Of a stretch of DNA of 64,000 bases, positions 1 to 13,010 are shown in pieces (within the stretch, counting starts at the first letter, position 1; the number at the start of each line of letters is the position of its first letter). Source of the DNA: Camelus ferus (taxonomy: Eukaryota); assembly GCF_009834535.1 (NCBI RefSeq), contig NC_045697.1, positions 20,338,001-20,402,000 of the forward strand, written 5' to 3'. The translations under genes were made by a program, and so were the position numbers. Below the pieces are notes generated by a model that saw only the letters and a program-made list of their open reading frames with translations, ran no database searches and was not told the origin of the DNA.

Positions 1-1000
1 ATACCTTTGTTAAAATTCATAGAATTTTACAGAAACGAGTGAAGCTTCATGTATGCAAATTTAAAAAATTCTTTAGGAAATTAGGAAACTCAAGATGGAT
101 GCAGAATGTGACACACAAATCTAATTGTATAACTCATGTATGAAATAACCTCACTAAAATGGAGGGAGGGCAGGAAATACACAGGATGATCCTAGAGCAT
201 CTTATAGTGCCAGAAAGTAAGCAAGCATTGAAAAATTGAACAAAGCAAAACAAACAATAACAAAATGCCTGCACTGTTGAGGGTATGTCAAAAGGGCACG
301 TGAATCAACAGAAAAGTTCCAGTGGCCACAGCTCGGAAATTTGAATTGCACAATAAATCAAATACTATTGAATTATACCACAAAGTATGAAGTCAATGTC
401 CCTGAGTCACTCTGATATGAATAAATACTTATCAAAGTAAACACATGGGAAAGAAAAGAAATATCTGTGAAGAAAAATTCCAATAGTTTAAGTAGCTATA
501 CCTCCCTCGAGAAATGGACCAGAACTCCCTGTATCTTAAGTGTATGTTGTGCAGAGTGACTTCCTTCGAAAGAGGACAATATGGAGTGGGAGGTGGGTGA
601 GGAGTAACTTTCAGTGATGAAATCTGGCAGACAGGACCACAGTCAGATGGTCCAGGTTCGCCTCAGGTTGATAGTCTGTATCCTTGGTGTGATGTGGTAA
701 AAATGATTTATATCTGTAGTCATCCTCCCCAAAACCCATTAACTCGGTCTAATAATGAGATAAACATTATATACATTTTAGTTGAGGTAATCTTCTACAA
801 AATCCCTAACCAGTCCTACCCAAATAGTCAAGGTCCTTAAAAACAAGTCTGTGAAACTGATACAGCCCAGAGGAGCAACACACGACCAAATGTGATGTAT
901 TCTGGATGGAATCCTGAAACAGAGAAAGGACATTAGGCAATCATAATGTATGTATACTGGTTTATTAATTATAATAAATCTTACATACTTATATAAGTTG
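1..1000 (+). mobile_element. Ancient L1 (L1MC/L1MD-type) 3' UTR remnant
   Basis: Blocks typical of old L1M 3' ends (tctggatggaatcctgaaacagagaaaggacattagg ~901-937; catcctccccaaaacccatt ~721) followed by an A-rich tract near 1000. Subfamily from memory. Confidence 0.6.
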
Positions 1001-2559
1001 AAAAAAAAAGAAGAAGAGAGGAAAGGGGGAAGGAGGAAGGAAGGAGAGGAAGAGTCTTAGATTAAAATGCTCTAAGTTACTCAGATAAAGCAGGGACTTA
1101 CATTCAACTCCTTCTGATGCTAAAGCCCACAGGATGAATCACTTTTTAATTTTTTTTTTTTTTTTTGCCTTTCATAAAAAGAAGACAAAATGGCTAGGAC
1201 AGCAAGGTGTATCTTGCTTAACTGTAGCTGAAAGTTAAGAAATTCCATTTCTCATCCCTTCAGCAAATTCAGTGTACTCACTGCTAGATGTTACGGAAAG
1301 GAATCACTTACTATAGTCAAAAAGAGAAACTTGGAACTTGCCTCAATGTTGCAAATAGTTAAGTCAACTCTACCTGCTTTTCCTTTTAATGCTTTTTAAG
1401 AGCCTATCTTCATAACCTCTCTTGCCATATCCTATCCATGTTATGTTATCATCAGAGTTTGATTTGTAAGTCCAGATTCTGGGATGCGTCTTTAGTTTAA
1501 GTTGATGGGAAGAGATTCAGCAACTTTATACAAAGTGAAATCTTGCTTGGGGAGTTTAGGAAGAAAATAACCTCTGTTGGGCTGGAGTGAGAAAGTTCTT
1601 AACTGCAATGTGTAAAGGCTGCTTTGCATGTAATTTTATTCATTTCTTAATCAGTGGAGAATAATATATGACTTTTAAGCCAAAGCATAGTATTCTTCTT
1701 CAAGGTTTTGTATTACCCATGTAGCTAGTAGAAGGGAAATGGCCTGGGTCATTTCCCCCTCCCTTTTTTGTTTTTTAAAATAGTAGTTTAAAGGGATGAG
1801 GCTAATTTTCTGTGTAATTATTTTAAGACTGAGTTAGAAAATTCTCTTCTCCTTGATTCTTTTCTCCTGTTGTGTTTTCAACTGAGGAACGAAATCATTT
1901 TAATGAATTGTGAGTGTCTAGACTGGGAACAGTTCTAAAGACTGGGACCTAACCTCTGGGATTAGTTTGGCTGTGGTTTTTAGAGCCCAGCCTGGGTTTT
2001 CACTGAGCCATTGTATTTCCTCTGCCGTTGTTAGGAAGAGGGTAATGTCTTTGCTATGAAGATTCATAAAAATGATTGAGGGAACAAAACGCCAATTACT
2101 TGTTATGAATAAGAATTATTGTCTATATTATCTAATTATTATGAACAACAACTAAAAAATGGTCATTCAAATTTATCCCTCTAACAACTAATGCGGGAAA
2201 ACTACAAAAAGACTTTCTCCTTTTAAAATAGCTAATAATTGCCTTTCTTTACCATTTCAACTGATGTAAAATGACATAGAAGCCACTTCTTCCCTGCTAA
2301 ATCACATTTCAAATGTTCAAAAAAAAAAAAACACCCAGATTGCTGCACAGAGGCAAAGTTACAATTAAGCTACACATGGGTTGTCTTTTTAATTTTAGTT
2401 GACACATTAAATATATATCATTACTTTTTCCCTTTTAGATTAATATTCTGTGAACTTGAGGCATCCTTTGTATTATGCCAAATTAATCAGCATCATATTT
2501 TATTGCATTGTATCACGTTATTTCATGGGATTCTTTAATGTTGTAGAGAAAGCAGCAGA

Positions 2560-2730
2560 ATGAGAGTCAAATCATTGCTAGTGTCTCTAAGATTGGCCAA
2601 ATCACCTTGGATAAACTGCATGTTCTTTCATAGTTTCAATGTTCTCCAAATAAAAATGAGAATAATAACATATGCTCACTTCATCTTCTAGGGTCTTTTA
2701 TCAGTGACAAACAGCATGTGAGAAATCTTC
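2560..2730 (+). mobile_element. MIR SINE fragment
   Basis: Degenerate MIR core: accttggataaa...agtttcaatgttctccaaataaaaatgagaataataaca. Confidence 0.4.
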
Positions 2731-3660
2731 TAAAATTTGAAGACACCAATAATTTTATAACAAAGATTATAATTAAATATTTGAAATATAGGTCATAACT
2801 TTATCATAGAAAGATGCATGAAAAGATTTAAATGTACTCATTTAAAAATATATAAAGTTTTATAGGCCAATAAATTCATATTTTATATATTAAGGCAAAT
2901 TGAAAAGGCCCTCAAATTAAAGACAGATATGATTTTCTTAATTTAAAAGAAAACCACAATTTTGACTCAATGTACCAAGCCCTGTAAACAGAACAAGATT
3001 AATAAGTTTATTATTTATAAAAGATTAAACTTGAGAGTCACTTAATAAATAAATAAGGATACATCATTAACTTAACATATCAATTATGAATATTCTTTTA
3101 ATGTTCTTAAAGATACTTGGAAACAAATTGCATATTCCTGTATTTTATATAACTTATATTTTTGTTTATGTGATAATTTTTCTTATTTCTACTTAGTGTA
3201 TTTGAAAATTTAACTAGTTTTAACCTTTTTAATTATCATAAATGACAATTATTACATTATATGTATCTCTGTGGAGAAGATTCATTACATAGGTTCTGGA
3301 TAAGTACCTCTCATACATTATTTATAAGTTCATTACTAAAACAGCATTCTTATAATAATTCTTCAGCAAAATTCTCATGTATTAAATTCTTCCTTTGTGA
3401 CTAGTTTACTTTTTTCACTTGAGATGCTACAGTTAAACTTTATTCATTTCAGATTACACTATTCTAAATGTATGAAAATGTAAATGAGAGCTCGTTAGAA
3501 GTTTATTCTTACTTATAAAACAACTTATAAATAAAGCAAAGCAGTTTTACAAATAATATACGGGATGATTATTTAAAATATTTAGCAAAACCAACCGTTT
3601 TGAGTGACATAAAAATAATTTGCAAGCAACTATGTTCATGCGACAATATTGATATGCTAA

Positions 3661-3804
3661 GGGGGAGGGTGTAGCTCAACTGGTAGAGCACATGCTTAGC
3701 ACACACAAGGTCCTGGTTTCAATCCCCAGTACCTCCTCTAAAAATAAATAAATAAGTAAACCTAATTATGTCTCCCCCCAAAAAAAATTAAAATAAAAAA
3801 ATTT
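3661..3804 (+). mobile_element. tRNA-Ala(AGC)-derived SINE (camelid vic-1-like)
   Basis: Head ggggagggtgtagctcaactggtagagcacatgcttagcacacacaaggtcctggtttcaatccccagtacctcc with Pol III A/B boxes and AGC anticodon loop; A-rich tail; perfect 16-bp TSD aatattgatatgctaa at 3645-3660 and 3805-3820. Confidence 0.95.
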
Positions 3805-5482
3805 AATATTGATATGCTAATTAGGAGTTGTTACCAAAATAAATTCCCTGAAGACACAACACTGCTAAGTACCATGCAACTTTAAAGGTAGTTACAAGGC
3901 AGACCAGCCCTCCTTCAGTCACATTCAGTAAGATTTAGTAGTGTATCTTCTGTCTGTGTTGTTAAGTTATACAACTGTCAAAATTTTATATATGTATCTT
4001 ACATCCCATTTGTATTTCTATAATTTGCTTGGTTGAACAATAAGAGGTAATATTTGTAATGCAATAATAGCATAAAATCTGATAAATCCCCTAGTCCATC
4101 CCCTAATGATGGCAGAAATGAAATTCTTTACTAATAGTCCTGGAATCAACCTCATAATTTATCTAAATACAATAAAACATTTTGTCATCCTTGCCTTGCA
4201 AGTGGACTCATTTTTTTTTTTTTTTGCTTATTTTGTTTAATTGGAGTCTTCATTAAACCAGTGCTCATGGGAAAAGCAGGCTTGAAGCTTTAGTGTTTAG
4301 AAGATCACCATGGTTTTCCAGAGGATCTCTCAATAGAAGCCGTATTTTAATGTTGCGAGATCATTTCAAGTCATGTTCTCAGTTTAGAAATTTAAAAATT
4401 TATTGTATATCCAGAAGCTATATAGCGTACAGTGGCTGATTCCTTCTACTGAAATGCATGGAAAACTAATGTATAAAATCAGAAAATCTGTGTATTCCTT
4501 TCAGTGAAAATGATAACCAGTAATTACTTCAGATATTTACTTGGGCCTAGAGAGAAAAATTAACTGACTGACTGATGAAAGGATCTCTTTGGAATAGTTA
4601 CTTCTTTTGGGAACAGTGTTGGTTAAGCCCTCTGTATACAATCTGAAGAGTCTTGGCATTATTAACAGCACACTGCAATCAATTTAGGATACACATTTTT
4701 CTTCAGTTCATTTATACCTTAGTTGCAAGTACACATGGCCACAAATAAACCTATCAAAACTCTCATTTAACATTCTGGGTAATCTTTTCATTGGAATCAC
4801 TTACTCCTGTAGCCTCTCAATTATTCCTGGGATCACTGGAGATTTCCATTTTGGGAAAATTAACCTTTTTTCCTCCCATCACAGCACTTCAAAGCCACTT
4901 GCTCTTGCTGTAATATAAGTGACCCAAGAGTGAAAAATTGCAGCAAGCCTTCAAGAAAAGATTCTCTGGGAGGTCAAAGCCTTTCTTTCTCAGTTGTCAA
5001 AAAAAAAAAAAAAAAACAAAAAACGTAGTTATTGTCAAGTGCAACTAAATATACCTTGAAAAAGGTTTCAGGCTATCACACAGAGTTGCTTAAAATGATC
5101 TCTATACTTTTTTTTCAGCAAAGATGAAAAAAAATTGTATGCACATATATGTATGTTTCTGCTGTCTGTATAATAACTCTAATGCTAGTTAAAACTATGT
5201 ACAGTGTTTATTCAGATTAAATTAAGTGTGAAATCAAGGAAGATTATAATCCAGGCAGAAGTGAGGCAGATGTGGACTATCAAGTCACTCTACTCAAGTC
5301 CATTATGGAAAACTAGTTAAAATCATCTTCCTTAGGCCCTAAAAAGCTAAGAAGATAAATTGATTTCTTATTAACAAAAGTTCTTCATCACCTAGTGTCA
5401 TGTTCATAAGTAACGTAAAATGAATAAATGGATACATGAAAAGATCACAATTTATCAACATCCTTTAAGAAAAAGCACAATG

Positions 5483-6081
5483 TTGCTGTAAATGGCATTA
5501 TTTTATTCTTTTTTGTGGCTGAGTAGTATTCCGTTGTATAAATATACCACAGCTCTTTATCTAATCATCTGTTGATGGACATTTAAGTTATTTCCATGTC
5601 TTGGTTATTGTATGTAGTGCTGCTATTAAGATTGGCGTGCGTGCATCTTTTTGAATTAGAGTTCACGGATAGACCTGAAGATTGTCATCCAATGTGAAGT
5701 AAGCCAGAAGGAGAATGAAAAATACCATATGATATCACTTATATGTGGCATCTGAAAAAAGAAAAAAGAAGACACTAATCTGCAAAACAGAAACAGACTC
5801 ACAGACATAGTAAACAGTTCTATGGTTACTGAGAGGGAAAAGGGGATGGGAAGGGATAAATTGGGAGTTCAAGATTTGCAAATATTAACTATATATATAA
5901 AATAGATAAATTAAAAGTTTCTTCTGTATAGTACAGGGAACTATATTCAATATCTTGTAGTAACCTATAATGAAAAAGAATATGAAAATCAATATATGTA
6001 TGTAAATGTGTGACTGAAACATTATGCTGTACACCAGAAATAACTGAGGAATTGTAAACTGACTATACTTCAATTAAAAAA
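5483..6081 (+). mobile_element. 5'-truncated L1 with 5' inversion (twin priming)
   Basis: 5483-5664 is L1 ORF2 end on the minus strand; 5664-6081 continues on the plus strand through the 3' UTR to an A tail. TSD aagaaaaagcacaatg (5467-5482) / aagaaagagcacaatg (6082-6097), 15/16 match. Confidence 0.93.
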
Positions 6082-7682
6082 AAGAAAGAGCACAATGAAG
6101 GAGAAACAACTGTCTTCTAAAGTGTAAAACTTTATCCCCATTTACTGCCAATTCTAAGAACTCAAGTTATTTATAAAAGAGCTGACAATAATTTCAAAAA
6201 TAAAACCTTTATAAAATTCTTTTCAAGAGACTAGTTTCTAGCTGTTTCTCTATCCCCACAATGTGGTTGAAATCATAGAATTAGAAACTATTTCCAAGTT
6301 TTAGTTGACTTTCCATTTTTTAAAAATACATGATTCAATAAAATTTTTGCTATAGTCTAAAACAGTTATAGCCCCTTAGGGTTCAAGGCATGGCAATTTG
6401 TCCTGTTGTATTTGCAGTTCCCTTTTTCTTATATGAATGATAAACCATGGTGCTTCAAATCCCTGTATTGTGTAGAGAAGTGATTCCAGCAGATCATGTA
6501 TCATTCCACAGGATATTGAGTATGTGGACTCTCTTCTGCCTTGATCATCCTGTGTTTGCTACCAGTTAAATCATTTTGTAAGTCTTGGATACGCACTCAG
6601 TATTCTGCTTTTGAGTCTTCTCCAACTATAGGTGTGTGAAAATTTAAAACACATGATTTATAATCAAATGTTGTTAAAGGTGCTTTTATTCTTTCTTTTC
6701 TTTTTTTTCTTGACAAACAGGATGTCATATAATCTTTACAGCAATTTAAAAATAAGATTGTTTATTTTCATTTTACAGATAGAGCATAAGTGCTCAATAA
6801 ATCATTACTAAATAAAGAAAGATAAAAATTAAGCCACTTTTCTAAGCAATTCACATAGAAAGTGAATTGCTACGTTCATGTTCTTGCTTGGGAACTGGAC
6901 CACCTCACGGTTTATGGTCTACCCTTGGAGTACCAGGAAAGCATGTATACTGAGTACAAGATACCTGCCTTGTGGAAGGAATGTTCTCGAATTTCACTTG
7001 TGAGTCAGCTCTTTTGTTCAAGGTTCAGGAATTTCTCATTTCACTAAGCTTTAATAAATAATTTGTATTTACCTAGATAGTTGATTTGCTACATGTCATT
7101 TTTTTTCTTTTTATAATTCACTAAGTATCTGTAGTCTTTTTTTTTTTTAATATATATGACTCTTAAATAAAGCAGAATAGAGGAGGCCAGTAGAATTTCT
7201 GAATCACCTTAATCTGATCTATTCTCTTAGAATAAGTGTCCCAAATCATGGAGTCTCAATTTTAATATGATGTTTTATGAATCAGCATCTGCTCCGTTCG
7301 TCCCTCCTTACCTTTATGACATTTACAAACTTAAGTATTTAAGGACGTTAGTAAGAGTTTCAAATTCTCTGTCTAAATAACATTATTTGAGATCTCTCTC
7401 TTCCTAAGGAAAGTTTATAGACAGCAGTGGACACTACAGATTGTTCTCCCAGGATTTGTGTTCTTCCCTCCTTTATGATCCCAGCCCTGCTCCATGTACC
7501 TGGTGCATCTGTAGAAATTGGCTTCATTTCCACTTTCGTGACAAACTTAGTTTAGGCAAAGGCAGCTTTAGAATTCACCCAGTGACTCCTGGGGTAAGTG
7601 CTGGCATTACGTTGGTCCCATCACAAAGAAGGCAAGGACTTATATTTCCTTATGTCTGGAATATAGGGCTGGAATATAGGGC

Positions 7683-8157
7683 TGTTGTGATTATCTATTG
7701 CTGTATCACAAACATTCCCCAAACTTAGTGATTGAAACAACAGTCATTTAATTTGTTCATAAATCTGCAGTTTGGGCTGAGCTAGATGGGGATGGCTTGT
7801 CACTGCTCTGTGCAGCATCAGCCTGGCAGCTGGAGTAGGGATGGTGGATTCACTTCTAAGACAGTTCATACATGGATCACAGGATGGTACTGGCTGCTCC
7901 CTGGGGAGCTCAGCTGGGAATCTTCATTGCTCTTCGCAATATGGGCACTGGACTTCAAAAGCAAGTGTTCAAAGAGAGAGGAGGTCAAAACTACCAGTCT
8001 TGTAAGGTCTTGACCTGGAAACAGACACATTCACTTCTGCCATATTCCATTTCTAAATTAGTCAGAGAGCCCACTTAGATTCAAGAGGAGAATGCATAGA
8101 CTTCATTTTGAGATGAAAAGAGTGTCAAATTGTTTGTGGCCATCTTTAACATTGCAC
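7683..8157 (-). mobile_element. MLT1 (ERVL-MaLR) solo LTR
   Basis: Starts with the reverse complement of the MLT1 3' terminus (ttatctattgctgtatcacaaacattccccaaacttagtgattgaaacaac). Confidence 0.7.
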
Positions 8158-8159
8158 AA

Positions 8160-8410
8160 TGGATAAGAAAGGCTGTAGCATTGAGGGATACTGGCAGCTA
8201 TTTTGCAATTAAGAGAGAAACAAGCTTTAAGATGAATCTAACCTAGGGGACTTCAGTGCTGAAAATGGAAAAGGCCTGGGTCCTTGAAAGTGATGAGCTA
8301 CTCAGTCAAGCTATCCTGGAAACATCACTGTGTCTGGGATCCACTTACGTGAAACGATGAATTTACTCATCTTTAAAGCAAATCTAAATTGGGATACTTT
8401 TAGGTGCTAT
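8160..8410 (+). mobile_element. Old MLT1 (K/L-like) LTR 3' part
   Basis: ggcagctattttgc...aaggcctgggtccttga...ctttaaagcaaatctaaattggg resembles an old MLT1 3' half; its 5' half may lie at ~7440-7680. Confidence 0.45.
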
Positions 8411-11400
8411 TTATACCATTCTACACCATACAGAGTTATGGCAGGATTTAGAAGACAATCTGATCTTGATTTGGTTTACAATCTATAAATTAATAGTTGG
8501 AAAGGAAATGGAAGAGTGAGAATCAGTAAAAGAAGAAATAGTATGAAAACTATGTAATTTCTGTTTATTGGATATAATATGGTTCATGCTAAGTTAATTA
8601 TTGAACCACAAAAGAACTACTAAATTAATACTAATTAATATGTCAATTCTCTTGAACTAAATGACAATTTCTTTTTTATAACAGGTGGATAGTCATGAAC
8701 TACTTGATGTGTTTGTTTTGCAATCTGTGGCAGATTTTAACTATATCCTAATTAATTTACTAGTGGAACTTGAACATTAATTGATATCTTACAAAGTCTT
8801 TAGAATTATAAAAAATAGATGATGCTATACAAATCTTATTAGAAAGAAATTGACTTACCTGTCATTCTATCAATCAAAAATTATTTTAGCAAGAATGTCT
8901 AAATCTGCCAGCAATAATAATTTGGGCCTACTTTGTAAGATACTAAAGTACACAAAAAGAAAGCCTATGTCTGTTTTTTGTTTTGTTTTATTTTGTTTTC
9001 ATTTCTAGCCGCCTTATGGTAAAATGAAAACAATAGCCAGAGGGGCAAAGGTACAAACTATTACAATTATTTTTTTCTTTTTCTTTCTTCCTTTCTTCTT
9101 TTCTTTTCTTTCCTTACTTTTCTCTCTTTCTCCTTTTTGTTCTTAACCTCTTAGTGTAAATAACTGAATTGGTACCATTAATATCTACTAAGAATGATGT
9201 GTTAAAACCTTTTTCTGTATAAATGTAATTGGAGGAATTTATATTAAAATATCAAACTCCACATCCCTAAAGATTATAATCTAGTAAAAGTAGATGGAAT
9301 TTGCAAATTAACAATTATCTCAAGCGATTCTGTTCAAGGACTATTTTGAGAAAAGACCTGATTAGTGGGATGAGAAGGGAAAAGGAATGAAAGGAAAAGG
9401 GCAAGAAAGAAACAAAATATACATCTAAACGTAGCTAAATATAGGTCAGTTAGTCCACAATTTTCCAAAATATGGGTTTTAATTCCTTTAATGTCTCTGA
9501 GATGATGCATTGTTTTACATTGTGACCTAAATAATTAGAAAAATGATCAATATAATCCTATTGCTACTGCATGCAGGTGTAATTGAAAATTTTTTTCAAA
9601 GGCATAATTTTGATTAGATTATTCGATCTAGAAGACAATTTCATAAAGTGAATTAACATAATTTTTGAAAAAACATTGTCTATACAGAATTTAAAATAAG
9701 AATATCACTTAATAAAAATTATCCTTAAAAATGTCTTAAATCACCTATAAAATAAAGTTTGTACACTTGTAAAGCCCTGAAAGCAATAGGACATAGCGTA
9801 TAATAAAGATACTTATGCAAAGTATAATTTTGCAACCATGATTAAATTCCCCACAGCTCCCAGCACCCCCTCTCTTCCTTTCTCTCTCTTCCCCTCCATC
9901 CTCATTTTCATTAAGTCCAAAATTGTGTCAATCAGACACAGGCTGTTATTAGGGACCCTTGTCTAGTATTTTACTCCCTCAGAGAATGTGTCCTCATTTA
10001 AAAAAAAAAAAAAAAAAACAAGGCACTTTATGAGAACATCGCTCATATTTTAAATGTTTGTATCTTTTCTCTCTCTTCTCAACACTTTCCTCTTTGTATA
10101 TACACATAGATACACACACACATATCTGCATGCAACTACTATACTTTGATGTTGACCTCACGCATCTAGAATGATTATATGTTTTATGCAATTTCAGTAG
10201 ATTCACATATTAAGATAATTCAATACTTTAGGTAGTCATAATCAGCCCATAACTATGCCACCATCCCCATTATCACATGCAGATATTTGTATACTGCTGA
10301 ACAGCAAAATAAGTATTCTGATCTTTTATTTTACATACCTCAGAAAACAAAATCTACTAATACAAACTTAGGTGGAGTATTTTTGGATCTAATAACTGAC
10401 AAGATGAGATCATCTTTCTTCCAGTCCAAAAATTTAATGCTTTCTTTGAGAAATAGAACAGCTCTGGCACCAGCACAAGCATGTCTACTAAATTTGCAAA
10501 TAAATCTAGAAATAGTTAGTATTAATAAGCTGCTTCTGTCTCTACTGGTAAAAGTTGAAAAAAAATTAACAATATAGTATTGACAAGAGAAATACAGCAA
10601 AAATATATAATAAATATAAATCTGTTACATTAGCTACACTGTTGAACAGGTATAGAATAAATAAAGTAATGTAAACTTCTTGTAATTTGTTCTGTAGATT
10701 ACGGTGTATGTAATTTTTACTCACCAAGGCAAGACTCTAACTTCATTATATTTATGAAAAAGGTCTCTGGACAATTTAGTGTTAGATATTGCCAGTTTAC
10801 CCAAATAGAATTTGACATGACCAGTCTACAAGAATATTATAACTTTGAATGAAGTACATTTTAGACAAATAGATATTTCACAAACTACAGTCTTGGCTGA
10901 TGTTTTGCTAGGTGGGCTCATGTGCAGAAGATATTCTGCACTCTGAGCACATTAAGAGTATATCCCTGCATAAGGGGTGAAATGTTGGCGTCATTAAAAT
11001 TTAAAGAGTGTAATTCTAGGGGAAAATAAGGAAAGGGAATTGAAAGGAAAGTTGGAGATGGAGTAATTTAGAAAAATTTTCTCTCCTTTTTATTATTCCT
11101 TAATTTTTTTCTGTTTCATCTCCGTCTTCAAAACATACTCACTGAGGCGTGCTTCAGTAGGATGAGGATCAATTAAAGTACATGACATTGAGGAATGAAT
11201 ACCCTACAGAGTTGGCTCTATCTCAAGGTGCATTTCCTTGTTAGAAGAGGCAATATCTTTAATCCAGTGTCTTTGGGACATCCAGTGTCCTTTTAATTCA
11301 GTGTCCCACGCATCACTCTTCTGTCACTTGGCCAATCTCTCCCTTACACACATATGCACATACTAAATATTACCTACAATACTAGTTCTACCAACAAGTC

Positions 11401-11999
11401 ACTAATGTTAACCAGTATCAGTCTGGTTATGGGTCAATGCTAACCAGTACTGGTTCTGGCTCAGGTTAGGGATCTCAAAAGCTATCTAATCTTCCTAACC
11501 TCAGGGTTCAGTTAAACACAAAAATGCAAAATTAAAGCATCAACTTGGTGAATGTCTAGGATGTTGTGTTAACTTGTCCTAAAAATAGAACTGGATCTAA
11601 AACAGAAATCCCTAAAAGTCTATTCCAACAGAAAAACCAAAAAGATCAGGTCTGTTTTTGAAAGCACTAACTAATGCAAATGTTTCAACCTAGGAAGTGC
11701 ATAGAAACCTATATCTGTTTAGTATAATATCAACCATGGAGTTCTTTCCAAGAAAACATACTGTGGACAGTATCATAGTATCTCCAGGTCTTGTGGTTAA
11801 ACTCTCTCACACTAATTCCAACACCCTAAATTCTACTCTAAGTGGTTCTCATTAGTATGAAGCCCCTCTTGTACGCAGTGTAAATAAACGTAGGTATCAT
11901 AAAGAACATCCCTTTCCAGAGCCTTTCTCTTCGGTTAATTTCAAAATCAAATGTTAATGATTATATCTACCTGGAAGAGAAAAGGCTGCAGAAAGCCTG

Positions 12000-12150
12000 G
12001 AATCTTTGAACTATGCCAATTATGAGATGTGTGAGCTTGGGAATCACTTGACCTTGCTGTATTTGTTTCTTTCTCTATAAATTAAGAAAAAAAAATTGTT
12101 AGGCTCACAAGATTGTTGTGAAAACAAAGGATAAAAGTGGTTTGAAATGG
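12000..12150 (+). mobile_element. MIR SINE fragment
   Basis: tgtgtgagcttgggaatcacttgaccttgctgtatttgtttctttctctataaa, a degenerate MIR core. Confidence 0.5.
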
Positions 12151-12309
12151 ACACTGTTGTGAAGAAAATAAAGTTGTTTTTTACTTATATTCTACCAAGT
12201 TAAGTTTTCAATAAACTGTACTCATATGAATTAAATGGATAATTATTTAATGGCTATATAAACACGTAAGTGAAAAAAACCAGCTTTTTACTGTTTATTG
12301 GTGAGATAC

Positions 12310-12783
12310 TGTTGTGGACATATTAAATGCCCCCAGAGATGTCATGTTTAACCCCTCACATCTGTGAATATGTTAGTTCATATGGTAAGAGAGACTTTGC
12401 AGATGTGACAGGCTTAAGAATCTTATGATGGGAAGGTTTTCCTAGTAGGACCAATAGAAGCCCAATAGACCAATAGAAGCCCAAGCACCAATAGAGGCCC
12501 AAGGAGGAAGGAGGAGGTGTGGCAAAGGAAGCAGATGTTGGGTGGTGAGAGGAAGTCACCAGGAACCAAGGAATGTGGGCAATTCTAGAAGCTGAGAAAG
12601 GCAAGAAGGCAGATTCTCTCCTAGAACCTTCTTTTGATCACAGCCCTTGATTTAGGATTTCTGATCTCCAGAATGGTGAGATAATAAATCTGTGTTGTTA
12701 GAACAATAAGATGATAAATTTGTGTTGTTTTAAGTCACTAAATTTAGGGTGATTTGCCACTACAGCAATGGGAAACTAATATA
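12310..12783 (+). mobile_element. MLT1 (D-like) MaLR solo LTR
   Basis: tgtgaatatgtta...gactttgcagatgtga; agaagctgagaaaggcaagaaggcagattctctcctagaacct; terminus gttttaagtcactaaattt...ggaaactaatata. Confidence 0.85.
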
Positions 12784-12869
12784 AAGTCTATGTGCTGAGC
12801 CCCATTCTAGGTGATGGAAATCCGTAGATGGACAAAATGGAGAACTGTGCCAAACTTGGCGCTCTGTAC

Positions 12870-13010
12870 CTTACAAAAATTCAAGTCATTTTTCACAACA
12901 ACTCTACAAAGTAGACATAATTAGCCCCCCTTTTTTTTACAGATGAAGAGACTGGGAGTCAGAATAATGTCTCCATTGTCACACAGCTAATAAGTGAGCT
13001 GTGAATGTTC
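12870..13010 (-). mobile_element. MIR SINE fragment
   Basis: cacaacaactctacaaagtag...ttttacagatgaagagactgggag...gtcacacagctaataagtg, the reverse-strand MIR core. Confidence 0.65.

Noticed and set aside
3661..3736. Possible tRNA-Ala gene (also at 19334 and 62910)
   Set aside because: Each has an extra 5' segment, a shared SINE tail, TSDs and stem-disrupting substitutions.
5885..6073. Similar ORFs (KYSQFT...) here, at 34509-34718 and at 50678-50962 looking like a small gene family
   Set aside because: All are antisense translations of the same L1 3' UTR.
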